Source of the DNA: Hydrolagus colliei
Taxonomy: Eukaryota
Assembly (NCBI GenBank): GCA_035084275.1
Contig: CM068757.1
Span: 9,548,001 to 9,612,000 of the forward strand
Direction: 5' to 3'
Length of the DNA: 64,000 nt
Shown here: positions 1 to 12,900 of the stretch, in pieces
Position numbering within the stretch: position 1 is the stretch's first letter
Layout of the letters: every line of letters starts with the position of its first letter
Notes under the pieces: generated by a model
Told to the model about the DNA's origin: nothing
Seen by the model: only the letters and a program-made list of their open reading frames with translations
The model's database searches: none
Translations under genes and position numbers: made by a program

Positions 1-184
1 TGGATTAAGATTATTTAAGGCCCACCATTTCCAGGAATCAAACGAAACCTGAGGTTGAAGTGCGAACGGAATCCAGGGGGTCAATGTGAGACCCCAGTGT
101 GAGCCCCTAGATTGATTTTATGATTTGTAACTGGACACAGTGTGGCCCTTTGTAGAATTACAGCATAATGTTAATAATGTTTGT

Positions 185-478
185 GGAGTCCTGTAGCTCA
201 GTGGTTAGAGCACTCGCCTTACAAGCGAGGGACTTGTGTTCAATTCAAGCATGGTGAAACCTTGGGCAAGTTGCCTTGCTCCACATGCCTGATAATAATC
301 CCTCAAAAAGAAAATTGGTCATTTTAATCCACAATTATTTGTGGGGCACTGCTGTGCGCAATTGGCTGCCACAATTCACCCACAGTTAATTCACTTTACA
401 GTATATTATGTGCAGTGCTTTGAGATGTCTTGAAGACGTGAGAAGCGCTATATAAAACACAAGGATTATTATTAATAA
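185..478 (+). mobile_element. tRNA-derived SINE (other copies about 37923-38280, 44034-44320, 49094-49387; minus strand about 48595-48840)
   Basis: tRNA-like head with A box (TAGCTCAGTGG) and B box (GTTCAATTC), shared body and short repeat tail; dispersed copies. Confidence 0.75.
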
Positions 479-499
479 CATGCTACTTGTGTTTTACAG

Positions 500-907
500 T
501 TCCTCCCACGATGACTGAAATCAACATACCCTCTGGTATTGTGCACGGTGTCAATGTGCCTCTGACATGGGAGGTTAATGGCTTCAACCCACGGGCCATT
601 GTAATTGCTGTATTGGTGAAGAGGAAAGTGGATCAGGAAGCAAAGCAACTGTTTCATTGGCAGATCCCAGAGAAAGAAAAGCAGCCAATCCCACATGATA
701 TTACCCCCAGCATTGCTACACAAGTTAACTCCTTCACTGCTGAGGTGGCAACGATTGAAAAGACAGATAAAGGGACTTTCAGTGTGAAGTGCAGCGTTGC
801 CATGTGTGCTGATGTAATCAGGGATAATGATGCTGAATTCACTGTTGAAGTTAAACATCAGGCTCTGGATAATCCTCTCACTAAAGCTATAACATTATGT
901 GTCGCAG
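500..907 (+). CDS. Gene A exon D2, C1-derived Ig domain (VPPTMTEINIPSGIVHG...LTWEVNGFNP...FSVKCSV...EFTVEVKH...LCVA)
   Basis: ttttacag acceptor at 498-499, donor g|gtaaat at 908; 408 nt, open; inside ORF 487..1110. Confidence 0.85.
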
Positions 908-3900
908 GTAAATTCTACCTCTGTATTTTCTCTCTCTCTCTGGTGCTAATATGTGAGTTGAAGTGCAGCATGCTGCTGTGTGTGTCCCTCTATGCTGCAA
1001 TAGTTATTTTTGTTTGTGACAGTGACGTTCTATCACATAGACATCTGTGCCGACAGCCACCCCCCCTTCCCCTCTCTATCCAGGCTCAGTGGATGACTCT
1101 ATCACTTTAAATCGCTCAAACACATTAGCTGAAGTGAACAATGCCATATTAATGCATGTTATTGCTGTTGTGTTTGGGGGCAGCTCTGTTGCAGGTTGAT
1201 GGGGAGGTGATGGGCTCTGTGGTAACGGTCCAGCTCAACATCAGCCTGAAATCTCATCTGTTTTCTTGAGAAACTTAAACAAATCGATTTTGAGATCCTC
1301 AGACTTGCCTACAATTCACCTCTTGCTCTCACACCTCGCTACCTCTCCAATCTGCAAACACCCACTTCTCAACCCACTCCGTTCGCTTGCTCAAACCTTT
1401 GGCATCTTCCTTGAACTGTCCACGAAACTATCGGCAGCCAGGCATTCAACAACGATACCCTGAACCTCTGAAACTCCCTCCCCCAAACTCCAGCTCGCCC
1501 TCCATCTCCATCAATCATTGGATCACACCTGAAGGTTCTACTCTCTGACCATGCCTACCATCACCTCCCCTCTCTCCCCAGCTCAGTATTAAACTACAAT
1601 ATTGCGAAGCTAATCAAGACGTTACCCTGCATGAAAGTTGCTATGTTAAATGGAAGTTGCTATTGTTGAAAGAGTGTGTAACTCTGTCTGAAACCTTGCT
1701 GCAGATTTACATTGTAAACTGTGTGTGAGGCTGTGTGGTGTGTCCTGTAACTGGATTTAATCTTTACATGATATTTGTGTTTGTGTTATAGCTCCTCCCA
1801 TAATTACTGAATGGCCGGCAACCCCTGATATGACACATGGTGACACCTCCACTCTGAGTTGGGCAGTGACACGGTTCAATCCACGTCCCATTGTAATTGT
1901 TGTATTACTGAAGAGAAAAGGGGAGTCGAGATCAAATAAGCTGTTTTATTGGCAGACAGAGAAAGAACAACCAGCAGGAAATAACATTCCTGTTATCCGT
2001 GACACAAAGGATGACTCCATCAATCCAGAGATGGCGATGATTGTACAGGGAAAAAATGGGACATTCAGTGTGAAATGCAGTGTTACCGTGAATGCTGATG
2101 TATCCAGGGATGATGGCGCTGAGTTCACTGTTGAAGTTCAACATGACGCTCTGGAGAATCCTCTCACTGAATCTGTAACATTGCGCGTTAAAGGGTGTAA
2201 GTGCTGCCTCTGTCTGTTCTCTTCTCTCTCTCCCTCACACATCACTGTAGAAACATTCAGGTGAAGGTGATGATTTTACAAACGGGAGTTTGAAATGATC
2301 TGTTAATCTCCAGAGTGAGTTTTGCGGCTGTGTGTGAAGAGAGGCCACATTATTCAGGGCTCCACAGTCACGTGGTTAAAATTATTTTGTACACAATAAA
2401 TAATCTGGTGATTTCTGACAAATACGTAATGTTAAAATATAAAATCAAATGTGTATATATGCATTCATATGGGTGTCAGCTCAGAGCATAAAGCACTCTA
2501 ACCTCTCGTCCATAAGGTTGTGGGTTCACATCACATCAGGATCTGAACCTACAGTCTAGTAGGGACTTGTAATAAGGAAATGAAATGATAATATCTTAAA
2601 GAATTTGATTGTTGACAATGGTTTCAATTTCAAATAATAATTCCCGTTATTACCATCTAGGATGACACTGCAGTGTGTGCTGGGGGGGGGGCTCTGTAAT
2701 GCTGGAGTCTGTTATTTCAGATGTTAAACCATGAACTCATCTGAGTGCTCAGCTAAATGGCCAGCAACCCCTGATAAGACACACTTCAGCACTAAAAGAG
2801 TTGGGAATTTCTCCAGTGTTTTGTCCTCCACCTCTTGCTCTATGTGTATGTCTAGCTCTCTCTCTGTCTCCCTTTCCCCCTTTCTCTCTTCCTTTCTCTT
2901 GTAATCAGTCGGGATAAAATGTAGAATTTGAAATTATTTATTTGTCAAAAGGCCAGTGTGCACCCTGTCTGGGGGCAGCTCTTGCAGGTTACTGGAGGCT
3001 TAGACAGGCTGAGTGCTTATGATGGAGTTTAACATCACTCTACAGCTCCAGCCCGGTGCCCTCTGCCATGACTTGCAGGCTTTTCACTCGTTTCTGTGGA
3101 TTCAGTTCCCAATTTGTATCTGACACAGACATGGACTTGAATGTTTTATGTGGATTTGTCATTTTGTTTTGTAGTTCCTCCTAAAATTACATATACAAAC
3201 CAAAATAAAATGAAACATGGTGAGAAGGCTGAGCTGCAATGGGCAGTGACTGGGTTCACTCCTGGGAAGATCTCGATTGTTTCCAGTCTACGGAGGAAAG
3301 GAGAGGAAGTAAGACAACTGTTTCACTGGGAAGTTCCAAATAAGGAAGCATTTCCAAGGAAGAGAATCCCCTTGAATCTCGAGGACAAATCAAAGAGATC
3401 CAACAATGTTGCCTCCTTCACTGCAGTGGTGCCTAAATGTGAACACGACTCCAAAAAAGGAACCTTCAGAGTAAATTGCAAAATCAACCTGACTCCTGAT
3501 GAGTCCACGGATGATGGAGCTGAATTAATTGTTCAGGTTCAGCATGAGGAATTTCCCGATTTTGTCACTGACAATTTAAAAATACACATTGCTGGAGGTA
3601 GGTTCTGCCATCAATATTGTGTCCTCTCTCTCCCATATGCTCTGAGGCAGTGTTTAGAATAAAGTAACAGTTTCCTCCACAATGGTTCAGCAACTGAGAT
3701 CACCACTCAGTGAAACCCAGAGCCTCTCAGTCCAGAAGGTGGCAGGATATGGCATCTGAGAAATCTCGTCATAGTGCTTAAGATTATCCAAACCAGAGTT
3801 CATATGTGCCATCTACATGTGGAAATTTCCCTTTTTCCAAAATGGAATGCTCACAGTAGTAAACAAACTTGGATCAAGAAGTTGACTAACAGGACTACCT

Positions 3901-6900
3901 CAGGATTGATTTTACTCCGATATTGTCAAGTGCGTTATTGTTCAAACAGAGAGTGAGTTTGTCCCAGTGTCCTGGCCAACTATCCCCGTTATAAAATCTG
4001 TCACTTAATTCATTGCTATTTACAAAATTTATGCATCCTGTTTACCTAATACCAGAGAGCATCAGCTGCACGTTGGCAAGATACAAAGCTTGGAGATCAC
4101 AGAGTATGGGCTAGAATACTACAGGAATTTAAGAAGGGAAATGCGCATAGTTTGCTATTTCCAGTTAGGACCACACCACCTGTTAAGGCTTTGGTTTGCA
4201 GGGTTAACAAGACCTGAATCGGTAGAATCCCTGCTCTCAGTGACTGGTCTTGCTGTCCCAGGCCTGCTGATGAGCCAGGCCGACTGGTTTATAATCAGCA
4301 ATGGCCTGACGAGCTGGGAAACCACTTGGAACAGGAACTGAGACTGAGTCTGAGGATTGGTTTGGTTCCGGTAATGCATTCTCAAGTGCATTATTGTTCA
4401 AACAGAGAAATGAGTTTGTCCCAGTGTCCTGGCCAACAATCCCCGTTATAAAATACATTACTTAATTCACTGCTGTTTGTGGGGCACTGCTGTGTACAAG
4501 TTGGCTGCCACATTTGCCTTCAAGTACAGAGCCAGTGAACCTCACACAAAAATTCTGTGATGCGCTCTGAGACGTCTCAGTGATGTGATAAGGTGTTATA
4601 TCAGTTGCAAGAATTATAAGGATTATGAGAATGTTGTAGCCATCTTATCTCAGAGGAGATACTGCACACCTCTGTTCCCCCTCCCCCCAGGTGGGCTGAG
4701 CTGAGCTGAGGCAGTAGCTGTGCAGCTCTGTTTGGTCTCTGTGGATGAATTGTCTGCCCACATTGACAGTCTGGGCTGAGACGTGAGAAACCCTGGTAAT
4801 TAATAGAGAAAATAATCCAAGCTCACCTCCTGATCAGCACCTTGGATACCTCTCACCTTCACAATATCGGACAGGTCAGATCTCTGCAGCTGGGAAGTAC
4901 ACACACCACACACAGGCTGAGTAACATTATTACAGAGTGTAAGTTATACAGGACTCATTTACATTTAGGTTCCACTGGGTGCTGTGTTCATGTGTCCGTC
5001 TGGCTCACTTGGCAGTGCTCTTGTCTCTGTGTCAGAAGGTATTGAGTTCAAGCCCCACATTGACACACTGGCTGTCACTCCAGTGCAGTGCTGCAATGCT
5101 TATATTGTGTTTCTGTTTGATAGCTCCTCCTCAAATTAATGGACCTTATCCACCCGGGAAAATTCTGCATGCTGTGAAAGACACAGTGACATGTGTAGTT
5201 ACTGGGTTCACTCCTGGGAAAATGACCATAATTTTCAGCCTGAAGAGGAACGGGCAGCAACAGCAAATACAACGACTGTTTCACTGGGAAATTCCCAACA
5301 AGGAAATATTTCAAGAGTCGATAGGAGGAGCTTTTCCTCTGCAGGACCGATCGGATAGAGACAATAAAGATGCGTCCTTCACTGCTTTGGTGCCAAAGTG
5401 TGAACCTATTGGCGATGGGACTTTCAGAGTAAATTGCATCATTGATATGATTCCTGATATTGATATGGATAATGGAGCTGAATTATCTGTTGAGGTTCAT
5501 CATGATGTTATTGTTGGCTCTCTCACTAATACTGCAATATTACTCATTACTACAGGTAGGTTCCTCTATCATTGTTGTGTCTCACTGGCTCTGTGACAAT
5601 GTTTAGGACATTGAAATGATTTGCTCCCCGATGGCCCAGCAGCTGAGGTCATTGCTCAGTACAGGGTTGAGTCGAGTCTCTCAGGCCAGAAGCTCTGAGA
5701 TTCAAGTGCTGGTCTGGGAGCTGATCTGAGCTGACCTGGGCCAGTAGCTGTGCTGGTCTGTTTGTATGTCAGCCTGGAGCTTTGGTAGCACTTTTGCCTC
5801 TGACTCAGAAGGTTGTGAGTTCAAGCCCCACGTCAGGACTTGGAATCACATCGTCTAAGCTGACACTCACTCCAACGCAGTGCTGGATGTCTGTGCATTA
5901 TCGGTGGTGCCGTCCTTTAAATGAGATGTTAAACTGACGTTCTACCCGCTAGTTCAGGTAGACATTGTAGATCCCATAGCGCTATTCAAAAAGAAAAGGG
6001 AAGTTTCTTCAATCCCACAACTAACATAGGTCACTCATCCCATGGTTGTTTCTGGGACATTACAGTATGCAAACTGGTTGCTGTGTTCGCCAACAAAATA
6101 TACAGTGAATCCATTTCACAGTATAACCTGTGTAGCACTTTGAGACATAATAAGGTCTATTTCAAATGATAGGATATTAGAGAATATAATCAAAGCTCAC
6201 GATCACCACAGTGGATATCTCTCACCTCAGATGTATCAGGTCTCAGATGAGATCTCTGCAGCTGGGAAGCAACAGCCTTAATGCTGTGTGCACAGTATGC
6301 AGAGGATAAGACCATAAGATTTAGGAGCAGCAGTAGGCCATTAGGCCTCTCGAGCCTGTCACGCCATTCAATAAGATCATGGCTGATGTTCTAATCTAAC
6401 TCCACCTGCCCACCTTATCCCCATATCCCTTAAAACCTTTATTCATAAGAAATCTATCAGGATGTAAGTACTCGGAGTACATTTTACAGGATGTTGTAGT
6501 TTTTTCTGGGGCAGCTCTATTGCAGGTTGATGGAGAGATGTTGCTGCTCTGTGGTCATGGTGCAGCTTAACACCAGGCTACAGCATTGTCTGCTGTCCTC
6601 AGGAATAATGCGCACATCTGTCTGAAGGTTTGCAGCAGATTTGGATTGTAAATATTGTGTGAAGCAATGCGTGGGTGGTGCAGTGTGTCCTGTAACGGGA
6701 ATATAATCTACATTTGCTGCTTGTGTTTGTTTTATAGCTTCTCCCACAATTACTAAAATCCAGGTCCCCCCGAATATTAAGCACGGTGCCACCTACACTC
6801 TGAATTGGTTAGTGACTGGGTTCCATCCACTGCCCATTGTAATTGGTGTAAAACTGAAGAGAGGAGGGGAGACAAAAGCAAAGAAGCTGTTTAAGTGGCA

Positions 6901-9900
6901 GACAACTGAGAAAATTCCACCACCAGGAGTGATGCCACCAAGGATCCCTATTGAACCCCAATCAAAGGATGATCTCATCACTGCTGAGGAGGCGATGATT
7001 ATACAGGAGAAAACTGGCAATTTCAGAGTGAACTGCAGTGTTACCATGGTTGCTGATGTATCCAACGATGATGGCGCTGAGTTCATTGTTAAAGTTAAAC
7101 ATCAGAACAAAGCTCTCACCGAATCAGTAACATTACACGTTAAAGGCGGTAAGTGCTGACACTGTCTGGTCTCCACACTCTCTCCCTTGCACATCACTGT
7201 AGAAATGTTCTGTTGAATGCAATGACTTTAACAACGAGAATAGTTTGAAATGATCTGTAAGTCTCGAGTGAACATTTGGTCAGTGTCCGGCGGGGGTTGG
7301 GAGGAGCGGGTGACGGGGCTTCGGCCTCGGCCGCCCGGGCAGCGGCAGCAGCAGCGGACTTCAGTGCTGTGCTTACCTTCTGCCGAACCCAGTCTGCCTG
7401 ACTCACTGCCGCTCTCTCTCTCCCGGGCTGCCGTCCTCCCTCCCTCTCTCTCTCTCTCTCTCCCTCTCTCTCTCCCGGCCTGCCTCTCTGCCTATCTCTC
7501 TCTCTCTCTCCCGTGCTTCCGGCCTGCCTCTCTCCCTCTCTCTNNNNNNNNNNNNNNNNNNNNNNNNNNNNNNNNNNNNNNNNNNNNNNNNNNNNNNNNN
7601 NNNNNNNNNNNNNNNNNNNNNNNNNNNNNNNNNNNNNNNNNNNNNNNNNNNNNNNNNNNNNNNNNNNNNNNNNNNNNNNNNNNNNNNNNNNNNNNNNNNN
7701 NNGCTAGCCTCTCTTCCTGCCTGCCTGTCTCCCTCTCTCTCTCCCAGGCTGCCGGCTTGCCTCTCTCCCTCTCTCTCTCCCGGGCTACCGGCCTGCCTCT
7801 CTCCCTCCCTGGCTGCCTGGCTGCCTGCCTTTCTCTCTCTCTCTCTCTCCCTACCTCCCTTCTGCCGACAATATCATTGAAAATGTTTCCGTTTTTTTTC
7901 ACCAAGAAAAGGTCAAAAACGAGGGGTGCGCCTTATACGCGGGTGCGCCTTATACGCGGAGATATACGGTATATTCTGTGAAGAGCTTTGAGATGTCTTG
8001 AAGACATGAGAAGCACTGTATCAAATGCATTATTATTATAAGTCACGTCAGTCAGATGTTCAATGGGGATTTATTATTTTGTACATGGTGGTAAATAATC
8101 TGGTGATTTCTAGGAAATATTTAATATTAAAACACGATATCTTACACCATTATATATGCATAACTATGGGTGTCAGCTCTGAGCATGTTATCCTGTTGTC
8201 CCTTGTCCAGAAGGTTGTGGGTTCACATCATATCAGGACCTGAACTTCCAGTCTAGTGCAGAGACTTGTAATAAGGAAATGAGTGGATCATATCTTATAA
8301 GGAATTTAATTGTTGATGGTTTCAATTTCAAATGACAGTTTCCTTTATTGTAGACTTTCTCAAGTCAATGGATATACTAGTACTAGGCAGTACAGTATCT
8401 AGATAAAGTAGTGCCTAACTCAGGAGAAGCAACCGTGATCAGTTACCCATCGCTTGGGAGAACTCAGGCATTCTCTTACTTATCAGTTTATTTTCCTCTC
8501 TCTCCCTCTCTCTCCCTCTCTCTCTCTCCCACGTTAGCAGTCCATACTTATATGCAGCCTGTTTCAGGAATGTCTCATCGTTAACCCCAAATGTTCCAAG
8601 TTTGTTCCCAGGTGCAAGGTACATAACTGAAGTTATAAACACCCGTACATTAAGTTTGCTCATCTTGCTCATTATGCACTTGATGTACCAAGAAACAATA
8701 TCTGTGAGATCAGTCAGCTTTTTAAGATTGGGGATTTGAACAAAATCAACATATCTGTGAGTTGAATTAGATTGTGTCTCCTGAAAGTTGTTTTCTCACA
8801 CTCAACTTTCAGTTAATCTTTACCCAAGATTACGCCTTGTACGAGAATCAAACCTGACACAAGTGCTCTAACCACTGCCCTACAGGACTAAAACAATCTT
8901 GAATTTTGGTGTAGATCCATATCATGTCTAGAGGACTATCTCAAAGTGCCTCACCAGATTCAAAGTGAAATGGAATAATTGTATGAGTAGACAAATGTGG
9001 CTTCACGATAGCACACGGCAATGTCTCACAAACAGTGATGGAGTGAGTGATCAATTGTATTTGGGTATTTGATGGCCAGAACACCAGAAGAACTTTGTTC
9101 GCTTTTTGAGTAATGCCACATGTGCTTTAATGTCCACCAGAAGAGGCAGGTGGTACTTCGGATTAACATCCATTCGTGGGATGTATCTTTGCAGCTGGGA
9201 AGGAACAGCATTAATATTGTCAACACATTGTGTAGACGATATAAAGACTTCAAGTAACATATTACAGTGTGAACGTTTTACAGGATGATGATGCAGTTGT
9301 GTCTGGGGGCAGCTCTGTTGCAGGTTGATGGGGAGGGGATGGGGTTCTGTGGTCAGGGTGTAGAAATATCACTGTAGAAATATCGAGGTGAAGAATGGCT
9401 TTATTCACAGCTTCACAGTCACATGGTCAAAGGAGGTTTATTATATTGTACACAGTAAATAATTGGTGATTTCTGACAAGAATGTAATATTCTAATATTA
9501 AAACCATTATATATGCATGTAATGTATATGGATGTGAGCTCAGAGCATGTAGCATCTCTTGTCAGAAGGTTGTGGGATCGCATCACATCAGGACCTGAAC
9601 TTACAGTCTGGCATGACACTGTGCAGTGTGTGCTGGGGGAGGCCTGTAGTCTTTTGGTTGAGGTGTTGAACCGCTGTCCCGTCTGCCTGTTCAGCTAAAC
9701 GTTAAAATTCCTACAGCACGATCAAAAAGAGAAGGGAGTTTCTCCCATTGTCTTGGCCTCTATATATATCTCTCCGGCTGTGTGTGCGAATCTCTCTCTT
9801 TATGTCTCTCTATCGCTATATCTCTCATTATCTTGCTCATTCCCACTTTCTCTCTTCTTTTCTCTTGTATTTATTTAGGGAAAAATTTAGAACTTTATTA

Positions 9901-12900
9901 TTCATTTGAATAATGAAATTATTAAATTATTCATTTGTTGAAAGGCCCTGTCTGAGGGCAGCTATTGTATGTTACTGGAGGCTCAGACAGGCTGTGTGCT
10001 AATGATATAGTTTAACATCACTCTACACCTCCAGCCTGGTGCCCTCTGCCATGACATGCAGGCTTTTCACTTGTTTCTGTGAATTTTGTTTCTAGTTTGT
10101 TTCTGACACAGACATAGACTAGAAATGTGGCTGTCTATAGCACACACATGTATCCCACAAATATTCCCCGATTGAGTGACCAGATTATTTGTTGAGCTAT
10201 TATGTCCTGCAGAGAGTGATTGGCCAATCCAGGAACCATCTAACATCTGCTTACTGCTGGGTAAACAGAAGCATGTGGAATAATGAAATTTTTGCCCTGT
10301 AGAAGAATCTACCCTGAGGTTAGATTGAGAGGCGAGTGCTCTAACCAATATGCTACAGGACTCCAATGATAATCCTTGCATTTTGGTACAGCTCCTTACG
10401 ATGTCTTCATTAGATTCACTGTGAAATGGAGTAACTGTGTATTTGTAGGCAAATATGGCAGCACAATTGATAATGTCTCACAAGCAGCCATGCTGATAAT
10501 GTCTCACAAGCAGTGGTCAATTGTATTTGTGGTGGGGGGGATGGGAGGGGGGGGTGGATTGATGGCCAGGACACGGGGAGATCTCCCTTCTCTTTTCGAA
10601 TACAGGTAGTCCCCGCTTAACGAAGGGGTTGATGACTTCGAAACTCCTCGTTAAGCGAAAATTTTGTTAGGTGGGAGGGAGGTCCCTACTGTGTTTCCGT
10701 ACATGAAGAAATTCAGTTTTGTTCCCAGTAATGCCTTGCGCGTAGCCTAGCGCCTAGCGCTACTAATTGCGGTGTACCAACGATACATAAGGTAGGTAGA
10801 ACTGCTATTGAAGGCTGCTATTGAAGAGAGAGACTGTGAGTGAGATTGTGACAGTGAGAGACTCAGAGAGAGAGACAGAAAGAGTCACAGAGAGAGAGAC
10901 TGGGTCAGAGAGAGAAATAGAGAGAGAGAGAGAGAGAGAGAGCGCGACTGAGACAGACAGAGAGAGAGAAAGAGACACAGGGAGAGAGACTGGGACAGAG
11001 AGAGAAATAGAGAGAGAGAGATGGAGAGAGCGTGACCGAGACAGACAGAGAGAGAGAAAGAGACACAGAGAGAGAAAGAGACACAGAGGCAGATTGAGAC
11101 AGAGAGAGAGACTGAGAAACAGAGAGGGAGAAACAGACAGACAGAGAGAGAGAATGTACCTTGTATCGCTTTTGGAAACGATCAAGCCGCCCGCTGCTAG
11201 CAGTAAAAGTCTCCGCTGGCTTTTTCACAGTAGCGTCATATAGTTGCCTAGCATCCTGCTGCTTAATCTCCTCCCATACTGCACTGCTTTCTCTTGGATT
11301 AGGTGGCATGCTGAACTAAGTGTGTATGTATGTAGCTTCCTCGACTGAGACTGCGCTTGTGTTGCGGAGGCTGCCGGGAGACGAGAAGCGCGCAAAATTT
11401 AAACTTTCTTTATAGCGAGCGCAGCCTTCGCTAAGCGCATGGGGGGGTACAAATAGAAACCATCTTTATAGTGAAGTTTCATTAACAGGGCGTGTGTTAA
11501 GCGGGGGCTGCCTGTAGTGACACAGGATTCCTTAACATCCACCTGTGGAGGCAGATAGGACTTTGGTTTAAAATCTCATCTGTGGGTCGTGTCTGTCGTG
11601 GGAAGGAACAGCCTCAATACTGTCAGCACATCGTGCATGTATTGTAAAGACTAGTGTAAAGAGTAACAGTGTGAATATTTTACAGGATGTGTAGTTGTGC
11701 CTGGGGGCAGCTCTGTTGCAGGTTGATGGGGACGTGATGGTCTCTGTGGTCAGGGTCCAGCTTAACACCAGCCTGCAACATCGTCTGCTGTCCTCAGCAA
11801 TAGTGTGCAGCTCTGGATGTCTGAAGCTTTGCTGCAGATTTAGATTGTAAATTGTGTGTGAAGCAATGTGTGAGGCAGTGTCGTGTGTCCTGTAGCTGCA
11901 ATATAATCTTGACATGCTGCTTGTGATTGTTTTGTAGACCCTCCCACAATTACTGAAGTCAATATACCCTCTGATATTAAACACGGAGCCCAAACCACTC
12001 TGAGCTGGTCAGTGACTGGGTTCAATCCACGGTCCATTGGAATTGCTGTATTGCTGAAGAGAGAACGGGAGCAGAACGCACAGCAGCTGTTTTGTTGGCA
12101 GACAACAGAGAAAACACAAGTAGAAAGAAAGAAGTCACTGAAGATTCCAGGAAGCTCTGACATTAACGATGTCTCCATCACTTCGAAGGAGGCAACGATT
12201 GAACGGGAGACAACTGGGAATTTCAGTGTGAAGTGCAGTGTTACCATGGTTGCTGATATGTTCAGGGATGATGGTGCCAAGTTCATTATTAAAGTTGAAC
12301 ATCAGGCTGTTCTTGGGAAAACTCTCATAGAAACTGTACCACTACATGTTAAAGGGGGTAAGTGCTGCCTCTGTCTGGTCTCCTCTCTCCCCCTCACACA
12401 TCACTGTAGAAATATTGAGGTGAAGAGTGGGTTTATTCACGGCTCCACACTCACATGGTCAAAGGGGATTTATTATATTTTACGCAGTAAATAATTGGTG
12501 ATTTCTCACAAATATGTAATACTATAATATTGAAACCATTGTATAGGCATAAATATGGGTGTGAGCTCAGAGCATGTAGCATCTCTTGTCAGAAGGTTGT
12601 GGGATCGCATCACATCAGGATCTGAACTTACAGTCTGGCATGACACTGTGCAGTGTGTGCTGGGGGAGGCCTGTAATCCTGGAGGTGCCGTCTTTTGGTT
12701 GAGGTATTGAACCGCTGTCCCGTCTGCCTGTTCAGCTAAACGTTAAAATTCCTACAGCACGATCAAAAAGAGAAGGGAGTTTCTCCCATTGTCTTGGCCT
12801 CTATATGCATATCTCTCCGGCTGTGTGTGCGAATCTCTCTCTTTATGTCTCTCTATCGCTATATCTCTCATTATCTCGCTCATTCCCACTTTCTCTCTTC

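Noticed and set aside
185-260. tRNA gene (Val-like head)
   Set aside because: The acceptor stem does not close and the head runs into a SINE body and tail repeated at several sites; it is a SINE.
472-858. Minus-strand ORFs overlapping the D exons (e.g. 472..858, 11840..12286, 14976..15422, 49391..49765)
   Set aside because: Antisense shadows of the real + strand exons, with no independent motifs.
5124-5555. D5 as a normal disulfide-bonded C1 domain (two obvious Cys)
   Set aside because: Alignment to the gene's own C1 places the second Cys (FRVNC) on the E strand; the F-strand YxC position reads ELSVEVHH.
10805-11309. Long Ser/Leu- or Arg/Glu-rich ORFs (also at 13855-14446, 16943-17734, 56180-56899, 59359-60035, 63124-63735)
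   Set aside because: Translations of (GA/CT)n microsatellites inside MITEs, or of N gaps.
11568-11993. Recurrent 141-aa minus-strand ORF (also 14707, 17995, 61718)
   Set aside because: It recurs only because the unit is recently duplicated, overlaps the D7 acceptor region, and has no recognisable domain.
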